Assembly: GCF_037042905.1 (NCBI RefSeq)
Contig: NC_087251.1
Span: forward strand, 44,146,001-44,210,000
Reading direction: 5' to 3'
Length of the DNA: 64,000 nt
Source: Lytechinus pictus
Lineage: Eukaryota
Shown: piece after piece, positions 13,548 to 24,139 of the stretch
Numbering within the stretch: position 1 is the stretch's first letter
How the letters are laid out: the number at the start of each line of letters is the position of its first letter
Position numbers and translations under genes: made by a program
The notes under the pieces: model-generated
Told to the model about the DNA's origin: nothing
Databases searched by the model: none
What the model saw: the letters and a program-made list of their open reading frames with translations, nothing else

Positions 13548-15159
13548 CATATTTATATGTTAAGAATAATTCAAACAATGCTGTTTACTGTGTGAATCCC
13601 ATAGTAGTTTAAACAGTTTAAACAAGTGTTCAAAATCTTAAACAACCATGCTTTATTTATTGATGATTAAATATTAGAGTTTAAACTTTGTTGTTTATAA
13701 AGTTCTTAAACACTTGTTTAAATGTTTAAACTACTATGCAATTCACATATTAAACATTGTTTGAATTATTTTCAACAGTGAAACAACATAATACATAAAT
13801 TAATTACAAATAAATCACAAGAACATTATGACCATATATACATAATAGCATTTTTACAGTGCATCATTGTTGACAGATAATGGTTTTCGATCCTTCTCAG
13901 CATCATATTCATAATTTTTAAAGATTATTCACTTCTTCAATTTTAAGTAAAAATAAAGTTGAAAGATTATCTCATATAAAAATAAAATTGTTTTTATATC
14001 CGAATATCGTCGTCTTGATTTAGTGATCCCCAAATCCTTCACCTTCTTGAGCAGTTGTAAAATGCGATATGAACTTGTAGCTCTCGACCTTTGTCCTTTG
14101 GGTCTTGTGAAATACAGTCTTTCAATCAGTGTCAGTCATCTTCGGATTATGCTGTAGATTATACAATGAAAATAGACCATAGTTTGAACTTTTGAGTTTG
14201 ATTTATTGCTGTCATAATTGGTAATTCAAAGATAAAAAAAAATTGATAAGAAAAAGAACAGGGCAGGAAAATATTTGATTTTTGCAAAAAAAAATACTGA
14301 AGGAAAAGAAATCAAAATCAATCTCCATCCATATCAATTTGGTACACATCCGCACTTCAGTGATTATAATTTGCATTATTTTTCAATTTAATTTCCTGTA
14401 TTTCTGTAGGGTCTATAATTATTGATATTATCATAGAGCTATAGCTCTATGATATTATCATGTCTCAACAATTCCATTGATTGTCCCTGGCTTTACCGAA
14501 AGAAAAAAAATCAGTGTCCAGTTTTAAAAGTAAAATCAGTATCACGAAAGTCCCAACAAATAAAATGCCCAAACTTATATTCCTAAAACACTAGGATATT
14601 CGCCATGCCATAAATAGAAAGAGAGCTTCAATTTCAGAGGCATACAAACAACAGGTGCAGCTGCCATTCATTACATTCACGCCCCAAGGCCGCATGGCCG
14701 AGCTCCACACGCATTCCACGGCCCTTCACGAACACCCGAGCGAAGCCCGATCACAACGCAACGCTCGCCATGCTTAAAATACACCAATGCGGGCTAGCAC
14801 AAACACCACCGCAAAACAGTCCACAAAATCAACATCGGTGTAGACGGTTTTCCGTATGTCGCTTTGTACCCATACATGTCGCTAACATACACTTTGCACA
14901 CATTGATACACAGTAAACAACGAACACAGTCATGCGATTTTCACTACTCGACGGTAAATATCTTCAAAAATATGACTTACCAAATGACGAGAAGTCCGCA
15001 AAATATCATCAGATTTTCCAAGGTAATGTAGCTACACCGTATGAAGAAAATGAGATTTTCAACTCGAAATCTTGAAGGAAATACGTCGTGTTTAGTATGA
15101 GGTTGATCGGTGGTTCGCAGAGAAACTTCTCGCACTACATAGGTTTTGTATTATGGGAA

Positions 15160-15275
15160 AATATGCAAATGAGAGCCAAAACACCCAATGAGATCACAGC
15201 TCAAGATTTGTGAATGAAACATGACGTCACGCACTACGCTGGCGATCGAACGAGCGTATCGCGCATGCGCGGGTT
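15160..15275. promoter_or_regulatory. CpG-rich motif cluster: octamer, CCAAT, CRE, NRF1
   Basis: ATGCAAAT 15163-15170, CCAAT 15185-15189, TGACGTCA 15222-15229, GCGCATGCGC 15261-15270; function inferred. Confidence 0.45.
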
Positions 15276-15480
15276 TCCTGTACAATTCTTCTTTGTGACC
15301 TGGGCATCACCAAGTGAGACTTAGAAGGACAAAAGCCATGAAAAGTCTTGACGAGAGCTGTCGTGTTACAGATGTCTCACGAAAAATACCTTTTAGGGGT
15401 TGAAGAAAAAACTTAACATTATTGGGTGTAGAGTGATTTCTATGATTTAATCTATGATGATGTTAATATTTGTCTTGCAG

Positions 15481-15632
15481 AGCCATGATTCCCACACCCA
15501 TGACACCCAAGCCCTTCAAGCTCGTATCAAGCAGCTCCAGACTGTATTAGATGATTCTAAGGTAGACGTAGTGAATCAGCTCAGAGAAGAGAACAACAGA
15601 CTCAAGACTGAAGCAGGACATGCTGCTCAACA
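15481..15632 (+). CDS. RRBP1: RRBP1/kinectin-like exon 4 (0->2): SHDSHTHDTQALQARIKQLQ...QLREENNRLKTEAGHAAQ
   Basis: Acceptor tcttgcag, donor CA|gtaagt. Resembles 'LQGKIRTLQ...LQQENSILRD'. Confidence 0.9.
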
Positions 15633-15672
15633 GTAAGTATCTCAACTTTTTAGAGGTCATCACAGATATTTG

Positions 15673-15755
15673 ATCAAACAGCTCCAGACTGTATTAGATG
15701 AATTTAAGGAAGATGTAGTCAATCAGCAAAGAGAGGAGAACAGTAGACTCAACAG
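15673..15755 (+). pseudogene. Degenerate partial tandem copy of exon 4 (3' half)
   Basis: atcaaacagctccagactgtattagatga...aatcagcaaagagaggagaacagtagactcaa repeats 15526-15605 with substitutions; no acceptor is copied with it. Confidence 0.85.
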
Positions 15756-15791
15756 TTAATATCTTTATTTCTTAGAGATCATCTTTTATTT

Positions 15792-15966
15792 GGGCAATAT
15801 AGGTGCTAACTCGTGGAATAGTTCTTGTATACCGTTCTGAGCCATGCGATATTACTCTTGTCTTGCATCAATGGCTTTTTTTGTAGGAAGGAGCAGCTGA
15901 TGGGTCAGGAGCTGGCCCGTCTGTAGACTGAACTTCAGAAGGTACAGTGTCAACTGACATCTACAG
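15792..15966 (+). pseudogene. Degenerate tandem copy of the intron end plus 5' half of exon 5, with in-frame TAG
   Basis: Repeats about 15989-16166, including the tgtag|GAAGGAGCAG acceptor at 15886/15887; codon CAG has become TAG at 15924-15926. Confidence 0.88.
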
Positions 15967-16086
15967 TATTGCACTCATCTATGATTCAGGCAATATTGTC
16001 TCTAACTCGTGGAATATTTCTGATATCCCATTCTAAGCCATGCAATATAATGCTTATATTGTATCACATGTTTTTTTCTTATGTAG

Positions 16087-16252
16087 GAAGGAGCAGCTAA
16101 TGGGTCAGGAGCTGGCCCGTCTTCAGACGGAGCTTCAGAAGGTCCAGAGTAAACTCACATCTACAGAGGACTTGATGAGGCAGGGAGAGGAGCATCGTAG
16201 AACACTGGAAACACAGAATAACCAGTTCAAACAACAGAGGAGTAGTGAACAG
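16087..16252 (+). CDS. RRBP1: RRBP1/kinectin-like exon 5 (2->0): KEQLMGQELARLQTELQKVQSKL...EEHRRTLE...SSEQ
   Basis: Acceptor ttatgtag, donor CAG|gtgcgt. Resembles 'AELAKLRQELSKVSKEL...EQQRKALE'. Confidence 0.92.
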
Positions 16253-16284
16253 GTGCGTGTTACTTCACTCTTGAGATAGGTTTT

Positions 16285-16370
16285 GTGTGGTCAAGTGGTT
16301 AGAGCATTGGACGCGTGACCGTTAGCTTGTGGGTTTGAATCCCTGCATGGCCATTATCTCCACTTTAACC
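16285..16370 (+). mobile_element. Decayed tRNA-derived SINE head
   Basis: tggtcaagtggttagagc...gggtttgaatccc (A and B boxes). Confidence 0.7.
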
Positions 16371-16586
16371 CCAAAAGGACCTAGAATAATTTGTTTCCTA
16401 TAAGGTCAGCCACTAACTATGACTTAGTAACTTAAAATTATATACCAGCTTGACGTTGATGCTGCGGAAAGCTGCTTTGCTTAGTTCCTACTGGCATTAC
16501 TTCATGCTGAAATATGGATTGCATTTAATGTCTTGAGATGGAGATTATAGACCAATTCGGTTTTGGTGTTCTGTTTCATGTTGATT

Positions 16587-16801
16587 TTTGTTTTGCCTGC
16601 GTATGAGAGTGAAACTATAGGAGCTGCTTTTCTGATGGGGGCATCATCAACATTTAACCAATGTTGAATTTTTAAAAAAGTCAGAAATTCAAAAGTATTT
16701 AGACCTTTTTCACGAAACTTGGACATAAGGGTAATCCAAGTATCACTGATCATCTGGCATGAGTTGCAGGGCATATGATCAAGGTCAAAGGTCATTTAGG
16801 T
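16587..16801 (+). mobile_element. Old truncated copy of the HINE-like element
   Basis: Degenerate 5' end (gcctgcgtatgagagtgaaactatagg) plus one unit (gaaacttggacataagg...aaggtcaaaggtcatttagg). Confidence 0.75.
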
Positions 16802-17168
16802 TCTGTGAATGTTAATAGATTATGTAGTGGTAAGTATTCATCTTGAGAGGGATGTTGAATTATGAAGAGCTAGAGACACATATATCACATTTTGGATTTT
16901 GTTGAAAGAAGTTTCAGATGCAAGAAGTTATTTCAAATACTGGTAATATTTAAAACCCTATTAAAGTTCTATTGGTAATCTTATAAGAATAGTCAGAAGT
17001 TACTTGCATGATATAAAGATATGTTTCCGGGCCCCGTAACATTAAGCTTAGCGATTGATCGTTTGGCTTATTTCTACGATTGATTGCATTGATTATTGTG
17101 TATGATCAGTCGTAAAAATGAGGATTATGATTAATCTTTATTTTATGGGGCCCTGGATATGATACATT

Positions 17169-17479
17169 GGCCCGTATTCTGAAGTCGGGCTTAACTTAAA
17201 CTCAGGTTTAAAGTTGTGGTTTAAGTATGAATAGCCAAGTGTTACATAAATCACTAACAGTAGAGATATCATATTTCAGTTCATTTGGCTCTAAAATAAT
17301 TCATAATTGTCTAGGAAGTATAAACTGATGATTGTCTTTACCATGGATGAATCAAGAAAGAGCACATTAAACATAAGAAACATACAACTTAATAAATTTT
17401 TTTACACTTTTGGCTTCCCATTATTTTAGCACAGAGTTTGACCATGGTCTAAGTTAAACCAGACTTCAGAATACGGGCC
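17169..17479. mobile_element. MITE with 3-bp TSD (Harbinger-like)
   Basis: att|ggcccgtattctgaagtc ... gacttcagaatacgggcc|att. Confidence 0.88.
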
Positions 17480-17515
17480 ATTATGTATCGATATCATTAC
17501 TTTTCATTGATTCAG

Positions 17516-17719
17516 CGTGAGAGTGAAGCAGCCGTCTCAAAGAGGTTGGCTGAAGTCGGCGAGGAGCTGAGGAAGGCCGAGGCTCGTAACCAATCCCTTG
17601 CCCAAGCCATGGAGGCCGCTAATGGAGAGACGGAGAAGTTCAAGGGTCAAGTCACCGAGTTACGTCGTCTGGATGGAGATAGGAACAACACACTTCAGGC
17701 AATACAGGCAAAATTGAAG
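17516..17719 (+). CDS. RRBP1: RRBP1/kinectin-like exon 6 (0->0): RESEAAVSKRLAEVGEELRK...IQAKLK
   Basis: Acceptor gattcag, donor AAG|gtaagt. Resembles 'RESEEALQKRLDEVSREL'. Confidence 0.92.
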
Positions 17720-18224
17720 GTAAGTCATGTTAGATAACGCAGTATCAGAAACTGATGCATATGAGTATATGTTATTTAGTTTATGTCAAATATATATAAA
17801 GGTAAATGTACGTTTCCAAATATCAGAGCAAAAGATTGCCCTCCTTAAAGCAGCAGTGGTGTAACTGATTAATTTTCGTTAATCAGTGGATGTGTCCAAA
17901 TTGCCTTTACACGTTTGACATTTAAACAAGAGAATATAATATGAATAAAATAAGTATTTTTCAGTAGATGAAAAAAAAAATTCCTGTTGACTTACAAGTT
18001 GCTCGAGATGTAGTATCTAAGAATTACCGATCATTATAACCCCAGTTATCATATTCACTCGTTCTTGCCCGCATTCTCCATTCCCTTGGGAGTATTCCAG
18101 ACGGTCACTGTCTGGAGCATTCGCATTACTGGGCAAATACTGGACTTTTGATTTGTTCGGGTGTCCACTTTAATAGCGTTTTTAGAAAGAGAAACTCAAC
18201 GTTTATATCTACGTATTCTTGTAG

Positions 18225-18329
18225 GAATCTGAATGCCAATGTCAGAACCTGGAAGGTAAAGTAAGGACTGTGGAGAGTCAATTAGCAGAGAAGGAACAAC
18301 AGAAAACTCAGGCTGTACAAGAAGTAGAG
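18225..18329 (+). CDS. RRBP1: RRBP1/kinectin-like exon 7 (0->0): ESECQCQNLEGKVRTVESQLAEKEQQKTQAVQEVE
   Basis: Acceptor ttcttgtag, donor GAG|gtaaga; 105 nt open with coiled-coil composition. Confidence 0.88.
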
Positions 18330-18401
18330 GTAAGACATAATACATCAAAGCATTAATAAAAGTATTCTAGTGTTGCACAATACTTACAGTTGTTTATTTA
18401 A

Positions 18402-20823
18402 AGGACAAGTCCACCCCAACAAAAAGTTGATTTGAATAAAAAGAGAAAAATCCAACAAGCATAAAACTGTTAATTTCATCAAAATCGGATGTAAAATAAG
18501 AAAGTTATGACATTTTAAAGTTTCGCTTAATTTCACAAAACAGTTCTATGCACATCCTGGCTGGTATGCAAATGAGGAGACTATGACGTCATCCACTCAC
18601 TATTTCTTTTGCATTTTATTATATGAAATATGAAATATTCTAATTTTCTCCTCATTGTCAAGTGATACAACGGTTAATTCCTCCCTCAACATGTGGAATT
18701 AGGATTGTTTTATACCATATGGTTCAGTCAAGTTGGTCCTTATTGTCAAATCTATAAAAAATGAAATATTGTATAATGATGATGATGATGATGATGGGTT
18801 CTTGTATAGCGCCGGTATCCGCCTCAGCTGGGCGCTCATGGCGCTTGCTCAAAAATAGGAAATATCTCACAAATTTCAATGTCTTTAAACAGTGCTTAGG
18901 ATCATCATTCAGTTCAAGTACTGTCCTAGTAATGCTACAATTGAGTTATTCTTGCAATAATGTTGGACTGGGGAACAGAAAAGTCTTCAGGTAAGACTCA
19001 AAAGTTGATTGGGTCTCTGCTCTCCTGATAAATTGAGGAAGGCTATTCCACAGCTTTGGTCCAGAGATGTAGAAGGCTCTGTCACCCCAAGTTGTGTGGC
19101 TGAGAGATTCTGTCAGCAATGCTTGATCTGCTGATCTGAGACTGCGTGTTGGTCTATGCTGAGATAAGAGCTCTGATATGTAGGGTGGAGATTTATCGTT
19201 AAGCGCTTTAAATACGAGGACCCCAAGTTTATAGGCTATTCTCTGGTTGACAGGCAGCCAATGTAGGTCACGCAGAATTGGAGTAATATGGACTCTCTTT
19301 CTTTGAAGGGACACAAGACGTGCGGCCATGTTCTGCAGACGCTGAAGTCTGTGCAGTTGATGTTGAGTCAAACCAGTCAAAATTGAGTTGCAAATGTCCA
19401 GTCGGGTTGTTACAAAGGCATGAACAAGGAGTTCAGCAACTTTTTTAGTTACATGCTTGCGGATCCTTCCAAGATTACGGATAGAGATACAGGCAGCCTT
19501 GGAAGTGCCTGTGACATGCTGCTCCATTGTAAGTGAGGAATCAAACACTACTCCAAGGTTTCTCACTTGATCAGAAGGCTTGATTAAAGAGTTGCCAATT
19601 CTTAGATGGTTTATTGTAACTTTGGCTCGTTGTTGACGAGATCCCACAACAAGGAATTCCGTCTTGTCCTTATTCATCTTAAGATAGTTATTAGACAGCC
19701 ATTGCTGGAGGTCAGCTACACAGGATTCAATGCGCTGAAGTCCTAAATTGACCTCAGTTTGAGATGAGTTGACGGTACAGTAAATCTGTGTATCATCTGC
19801 ATATCGGTGATACTGGAGTCCGTGCCTCTTGATGATGTGAGATATGGGCGAAGTGTACATGCTGAACAACTGCGGGCCGAGGACAGAGCCTTGAGGAACA
19901 CCATACTTCAGCGTTGATGAGTCGGACCTGGCACCGTCAACGGAAACATAGCTCGTCGAAACCACTGTAGTGCGACTCCGCTGATTCCATATAGGTCACT
20001 AAGTCGATGGAGAAGAATATCATGGTCGACAGTGTCGAACGCTGCTGAAAGATCCAGTAGGACTAGAAGCGATATCTTCTTTTGATCCATGCCGGAAAGT
20101 AGATCATTCTGGACTCTGAGGATTGCTGTCTCGACACTATGATTGGCACGATAGGCAGACTGGAATGTATCATGGAGAGAATTATCTGTGATGTAGGAAC
20201 TCAACTGGTTCATCACGACGCGCTCCAGTGTCTTGCTCAAGAAGCTGAGGTTGGAGATCGGGCGATAGTTGCTCATGTTCTCTGGATCGAGTTTTGACTT
20301 CTTCAGCACTGGATTAACTTGTGCAACTTTCAGAACTTCTGGGACTTCTCCAGATTGTAAAGAGGTATTAATGATTGATGTCACAATAGGGATCACAGTA
20401 GAAGAACAGGATTTGAGCAACAGAGTTGGGATAGGATCCAGATCACATGATTTTGGTGGTGAAGATAATACAATGCGTCGTACCTCATCCTCTGTTACCT
20501 CTTCGAAAACCGACAAGTTACTAGGTGATGACAATATTCCAGCAGAAGGAAGGCTTAGGTCATCAGCAATCTGGCATCCTTGGCGGATGTTTGAGATCTT
20601 TCAAACATCAAGTATAATTCAAACAATAAAAAACAAAAGAAATAGTGAGTGATGGACATCATCGACTGACTAACCTAGTTGTGCATATCACTGTTTTGTG
20701 AAAAATAAGCGAAACTTTAAATTGTCATAACCCTCTTATTTTACATCAGATTTTGATGAAATTTTTAGCACTATGCTAGTTTGATTTATTCAAGTCAGCA
20801 TTTTTCTGGGGTGGACTTGACCT
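18402..20823. mobile_element. TTAA-flanked palindromic MITE (Kolobok-like), interrupted by the LINE
   Basis: ttaa|aggacaagtccacccc ... ggggtggacttgacct|ttaa; an uninterrupted sister copy is at 31717-32308. Confidence 0.88.
18778..20611 (-). mobile_element. 5'-truncated L2/CR1-group LINE (ORF2 RT region) with one frameshift
   Basis: ORFs 20534-19908 and 19965-18946 carry NYRPISNL, FQSAYR, LLDLSAAFDTVDH, GVPQGSVLGP, YADDTQ and LHWLPV. (ATC)n 3' tail at 18778-18796; gtataat duplicated at 18771-18777 and 20612-20618. Confidence 0.95.
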
Positions 20824-21412
20824 TTAAACGTTGAGGGAAATGATAATTCCATCTTACTGTGCGACCTTGTAGTTGTGATTGTTTTCATGATTTGGTTATT
20901 TAATGAGAATGTGAATATGAAATTAGAATCCTTGAATAATACATTGTAACTGGGGTGTTATACCTTGTATCTCAAAATTACAGAAAATTGAGGGCAGCTT
21001 AGAAAAAAACAATTATAGAGTTATGAGATTAAGGAGCTACGTTCGTTTTTCGAGAAAGAGTTGTCGACGGAAATTGGGAGACTGTTTAAACAACAAGAGG
21101 TTGCCACCATTGTCATATATATTTCTAAAATGCATTTTTTTTCTTAGCTGCCTGCCATATTTTTTTATTTTTTTTAGAAACACAGTTTTAGCACCCTTTT
21201 GACGATATTATGATGAAATTTTAAAGGCACTTCATATGGGTTTTTACATTTCATTTGCATCTTATATTGAAGAGATTAATGTGCTGGATTGCCATTTTTA
21301 GTGTGTAGTCATAAATTGAAGATGAACATATTCAAGAATATGATTCATCATAGTCATTGATCCCTTTAATTATTAATGTTGATTGATATTTTGTTTTCCT
21401 TTCTCTCATTAG

Positions 21413-21576
21413 AATCTGAAGAAGGAAAAAGATTCCCTCCAGGAAATGTTAAGGACCCAAGAAAAGAGGTCAGAAGCTGAAGGTCAAGAAGCTCCGCCCC
21501 CTGCCAACGGCGATGTAACTCAGACAGACTCCGCCCCCAAAGAGCCTTCTATCCTCCTCAAGGAGCACAATAATTT
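21413..21576 (+). CDS. RRBP1: RRBP1/kinectin-like exon 8 (0->2): NLKKEKDSLQEML...APPPANGDV...LKEHNN
   Basis: Acceptor ctctcattag, donor TT|gtaaag; phase matches the next exon. Confidence 0.85.
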
Positions 21577-22121
21577 GTAAAGAACCATTCTTAGTTTCCT
21601 TTTTTTTTCTTTTTTTGAGGGGGGGGGGTGGGGTTGATGGGTGTTTTTTTTATGTTGTATAGATTCTTCATTTTCAAATTTGATAGTTACTAGATAAATG
21701 CCTTAATGTTTATCTTGCTTTGTGTGCATTTGTTCTGCCCTGATCAGCGATTTTAATTTAAAGATATTTTTTACCTCTATTTACTTGCCAATCAGCACAA
21801 TCACCTTAATGTCATCATGGTCAGGTCTGAGTAATAGATAGAATCCATGTTATACACAAACAAGGTTCAAAACATCATATTCAGGTCTAAGCATAAGATT
21901 GGAAAGAATTTTAAATGAAAATTTAAAATTTTGTGCTTTTCTGTGGAGTAATTTTTTCTATCTCTGATTTTGTTCCATGTGTAATATTGATGGTAAGTCA
22001 CTTGAATGTGGCACTGCATTATTTTTTTTCTGAAGATTTCTTCCCTTTTTTTATCAAGATGCTTACTTCACACTGTATTGATGGCATTTCTATCTGTCTT
22101 AAGAATACAAGTCAGTGACAG

Positions 22122-22398
22122 CACTGGCGGATCCAGGGGGGGGGGGGGGCACATCCGGCCCATGCTCCCCCCCTTTTGAGAGGCATAATAAAAATTTTGT
22201 AATGTAAATTTGCTATTCTAAGACAAGTGTGCCCCCCCTTTTGAAAGTGAGGACCCTTTTTTGGAAGGGGGGGTTGTCAAATTTTCCATGTACGAAATGA
22301 CCTGAAATTTCAAGTGAAAACTTTTTTTTTTTGGGGGGGGTCAAATTTCTTTTGGAAAATGTGCCCCCCCCCCTTTTTGAAAATCTTGGATCTGCCCG
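22122..22398. mobile_element. GC-ended MITE, same family as 12248-12446
   Basis: cactggcggatcca(g)n...tgagaggca...gaaagtga...ggatctgccc. Confidence 0.78.
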
Positions 22399-22449
22399 AG
22401 TCAGTGATATTCATGACTGTTTTATCTTTGGTATGTATACACCATGCAG

Positions 22450-22561
22450 GTTAGCAGATAAGACGAAAGCAATAGAGGGATTAGAGCAGGAGTTGAATTC
22501 AAGTAAATCCGAGCTTACACAACTGCAGTCATTGATTGAGCAGCAGAAACAGAGGAATAAT
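22450..22561 (+). CDS. RRBP1: RRBP1/kinectin-like exon 9 (2->0): LADKTKAIEGLEQEL...LIEQQKQRNN
   Basis: Acceptor catgcag, donor AAT|gtaagt. Resembles 'AVEQQKVKNN'. Confidence 0.92.
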
Positions 22562-24043
22562 GTAAGTCAATGAATGGACCTTTGCACTTACCCACAACCC
22601 CCTAGCCAAGTCTTGTTTGCTTTCAACTGATATCTAATCTCCTGTCAATCCCTCTTTCTATCCCATTGCGTCAAGGCAAGGATTTAGAACTGTCTTGTCT
22701 TGTCTTGTTTGGGTATGTTTGAATATATATGATCAGAGCTGATGAGAATAGAATCTGTAATCTGATTAACTGAAGTAGGAGGGTGGGGGTAGTTTGGGTG
22801 AACTTTCCTCGTTCATGGAATGCACTTTACCGTGGAAAAGTAGAATATGAATACAAAATTTGTAAATGGGAAATTTGTAAACACCCATTTATGAAAATTG
22901 AAACATGCTAAATTTCTGCTGTGGACTCAACCAGATATGAAGTTATATTCTTTAATTACCCAATAATCAGCAAATTTATCATTTTTTGTAAAAAGAGGAT
23001 TATTCATGCAAAAGTAGGATTATGAAGATTTATTACCAACAACATCTGATCTAACAGCTTTTTGTCGACTAAAATATTAATGGCTTTATATATTTGAAAT
23101 TACATGTACATATTTGAAATTCATAAAGAATATACCCACATGAAATACTTATCATGTATGGTTATTAATCTTAATTACTATTTATAGACCTCACTTTTCA
23201 AAACAGTTTCTCATTTCAATTAAGATTTTGTAACAACCTCCTCCCCTTGTCATGTATGTTCCTGCATTATCCCATGTTTGTTGATAATCCAAACCAGGGC
23301 CCCCTTTTCATAAAACTCGCTTTCAATATCAAATCATAGAATCCTATCACGAATCTGCTATTTAGCCAATCAAATGGCATGATTCTAGTAGCTTATAACA
23401 GCTACCTATGACTTGTCATTGATTGATAACAGGTTTAATGGAACAGGGCCCTGTGTTTTCTTCTTGCTCAACTAAAACAAACGCTTGATTAACCTGTACA
23501 TTCTCTCAATCCTGTATGTGAACATGCTTATTCCTCCCCTTCCAAATGTCATCCAGCCCAACTGTGCTTAGTCTCATTTTAGAAGTGTGTGTTGATGCAA
23601 GAGGCCTTTGTCGTCTTTTGAAATGATATATGTAGCCTGAGTGAAGTCACCAGTTATTCATTTTGATGAGAGAGATAGAGAAATAAAAATCTTTCAAAGT
23701 ATTTTAGAAGAGCTTTTCTTCTGTGATATATAGAGTTTCTGACTTATATTATCGGTTCTGCTTACCATATTCATATTTCATCTAATATTTTAACTCGCAC
23801 TACCATTTTACAGTGTAGTTCTGTCGAACATAACCAACGTCATCGTGACGTCAACAATTAATCGTACATTTATTTCCTTTCTGTTATTCATCATGTCCCA
23901 TCATGTGGGTTCACAAACAGTATGTCTAAATATTACAGTAGCAAAAGCAGATGCATTCTTGAGACAAGTTTGTTTCAATTCGTTTGGAGTGGCTTCGTCC
24001 TCCTAAGTTACGTTGTGTTGTGAACTGTTTCTGTGTAAACCAG

Positions 24044-24139
24044 AACCTACGGGAGAAAAATCGGAAACTAATGGAGGTGGTGTCGGCAGCTGAGCAATCT
24101 AGGGCAGAAAATGCTGGACAGACAGCTAAGACATTAAAG
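24044..24139 (+). CDS. RRBP1: RRBP1/kinectin-like exon 10 (0->0): NLREKNRKLMEVVSAAEQSRAENAGQTAKTLK
   Basis: Acceptor aaaccag, donor AAG|gtactg. Resembles the family motif 'DLREKNWKAMEAL'. Confidence 0.88.

Noticed and set aside
19908..19965. Programmed frameshift between the two RT ORFs
   Set aside because: Conserved residues are missing at the junction and there is no slippery heptamer; a deletion explains it better.
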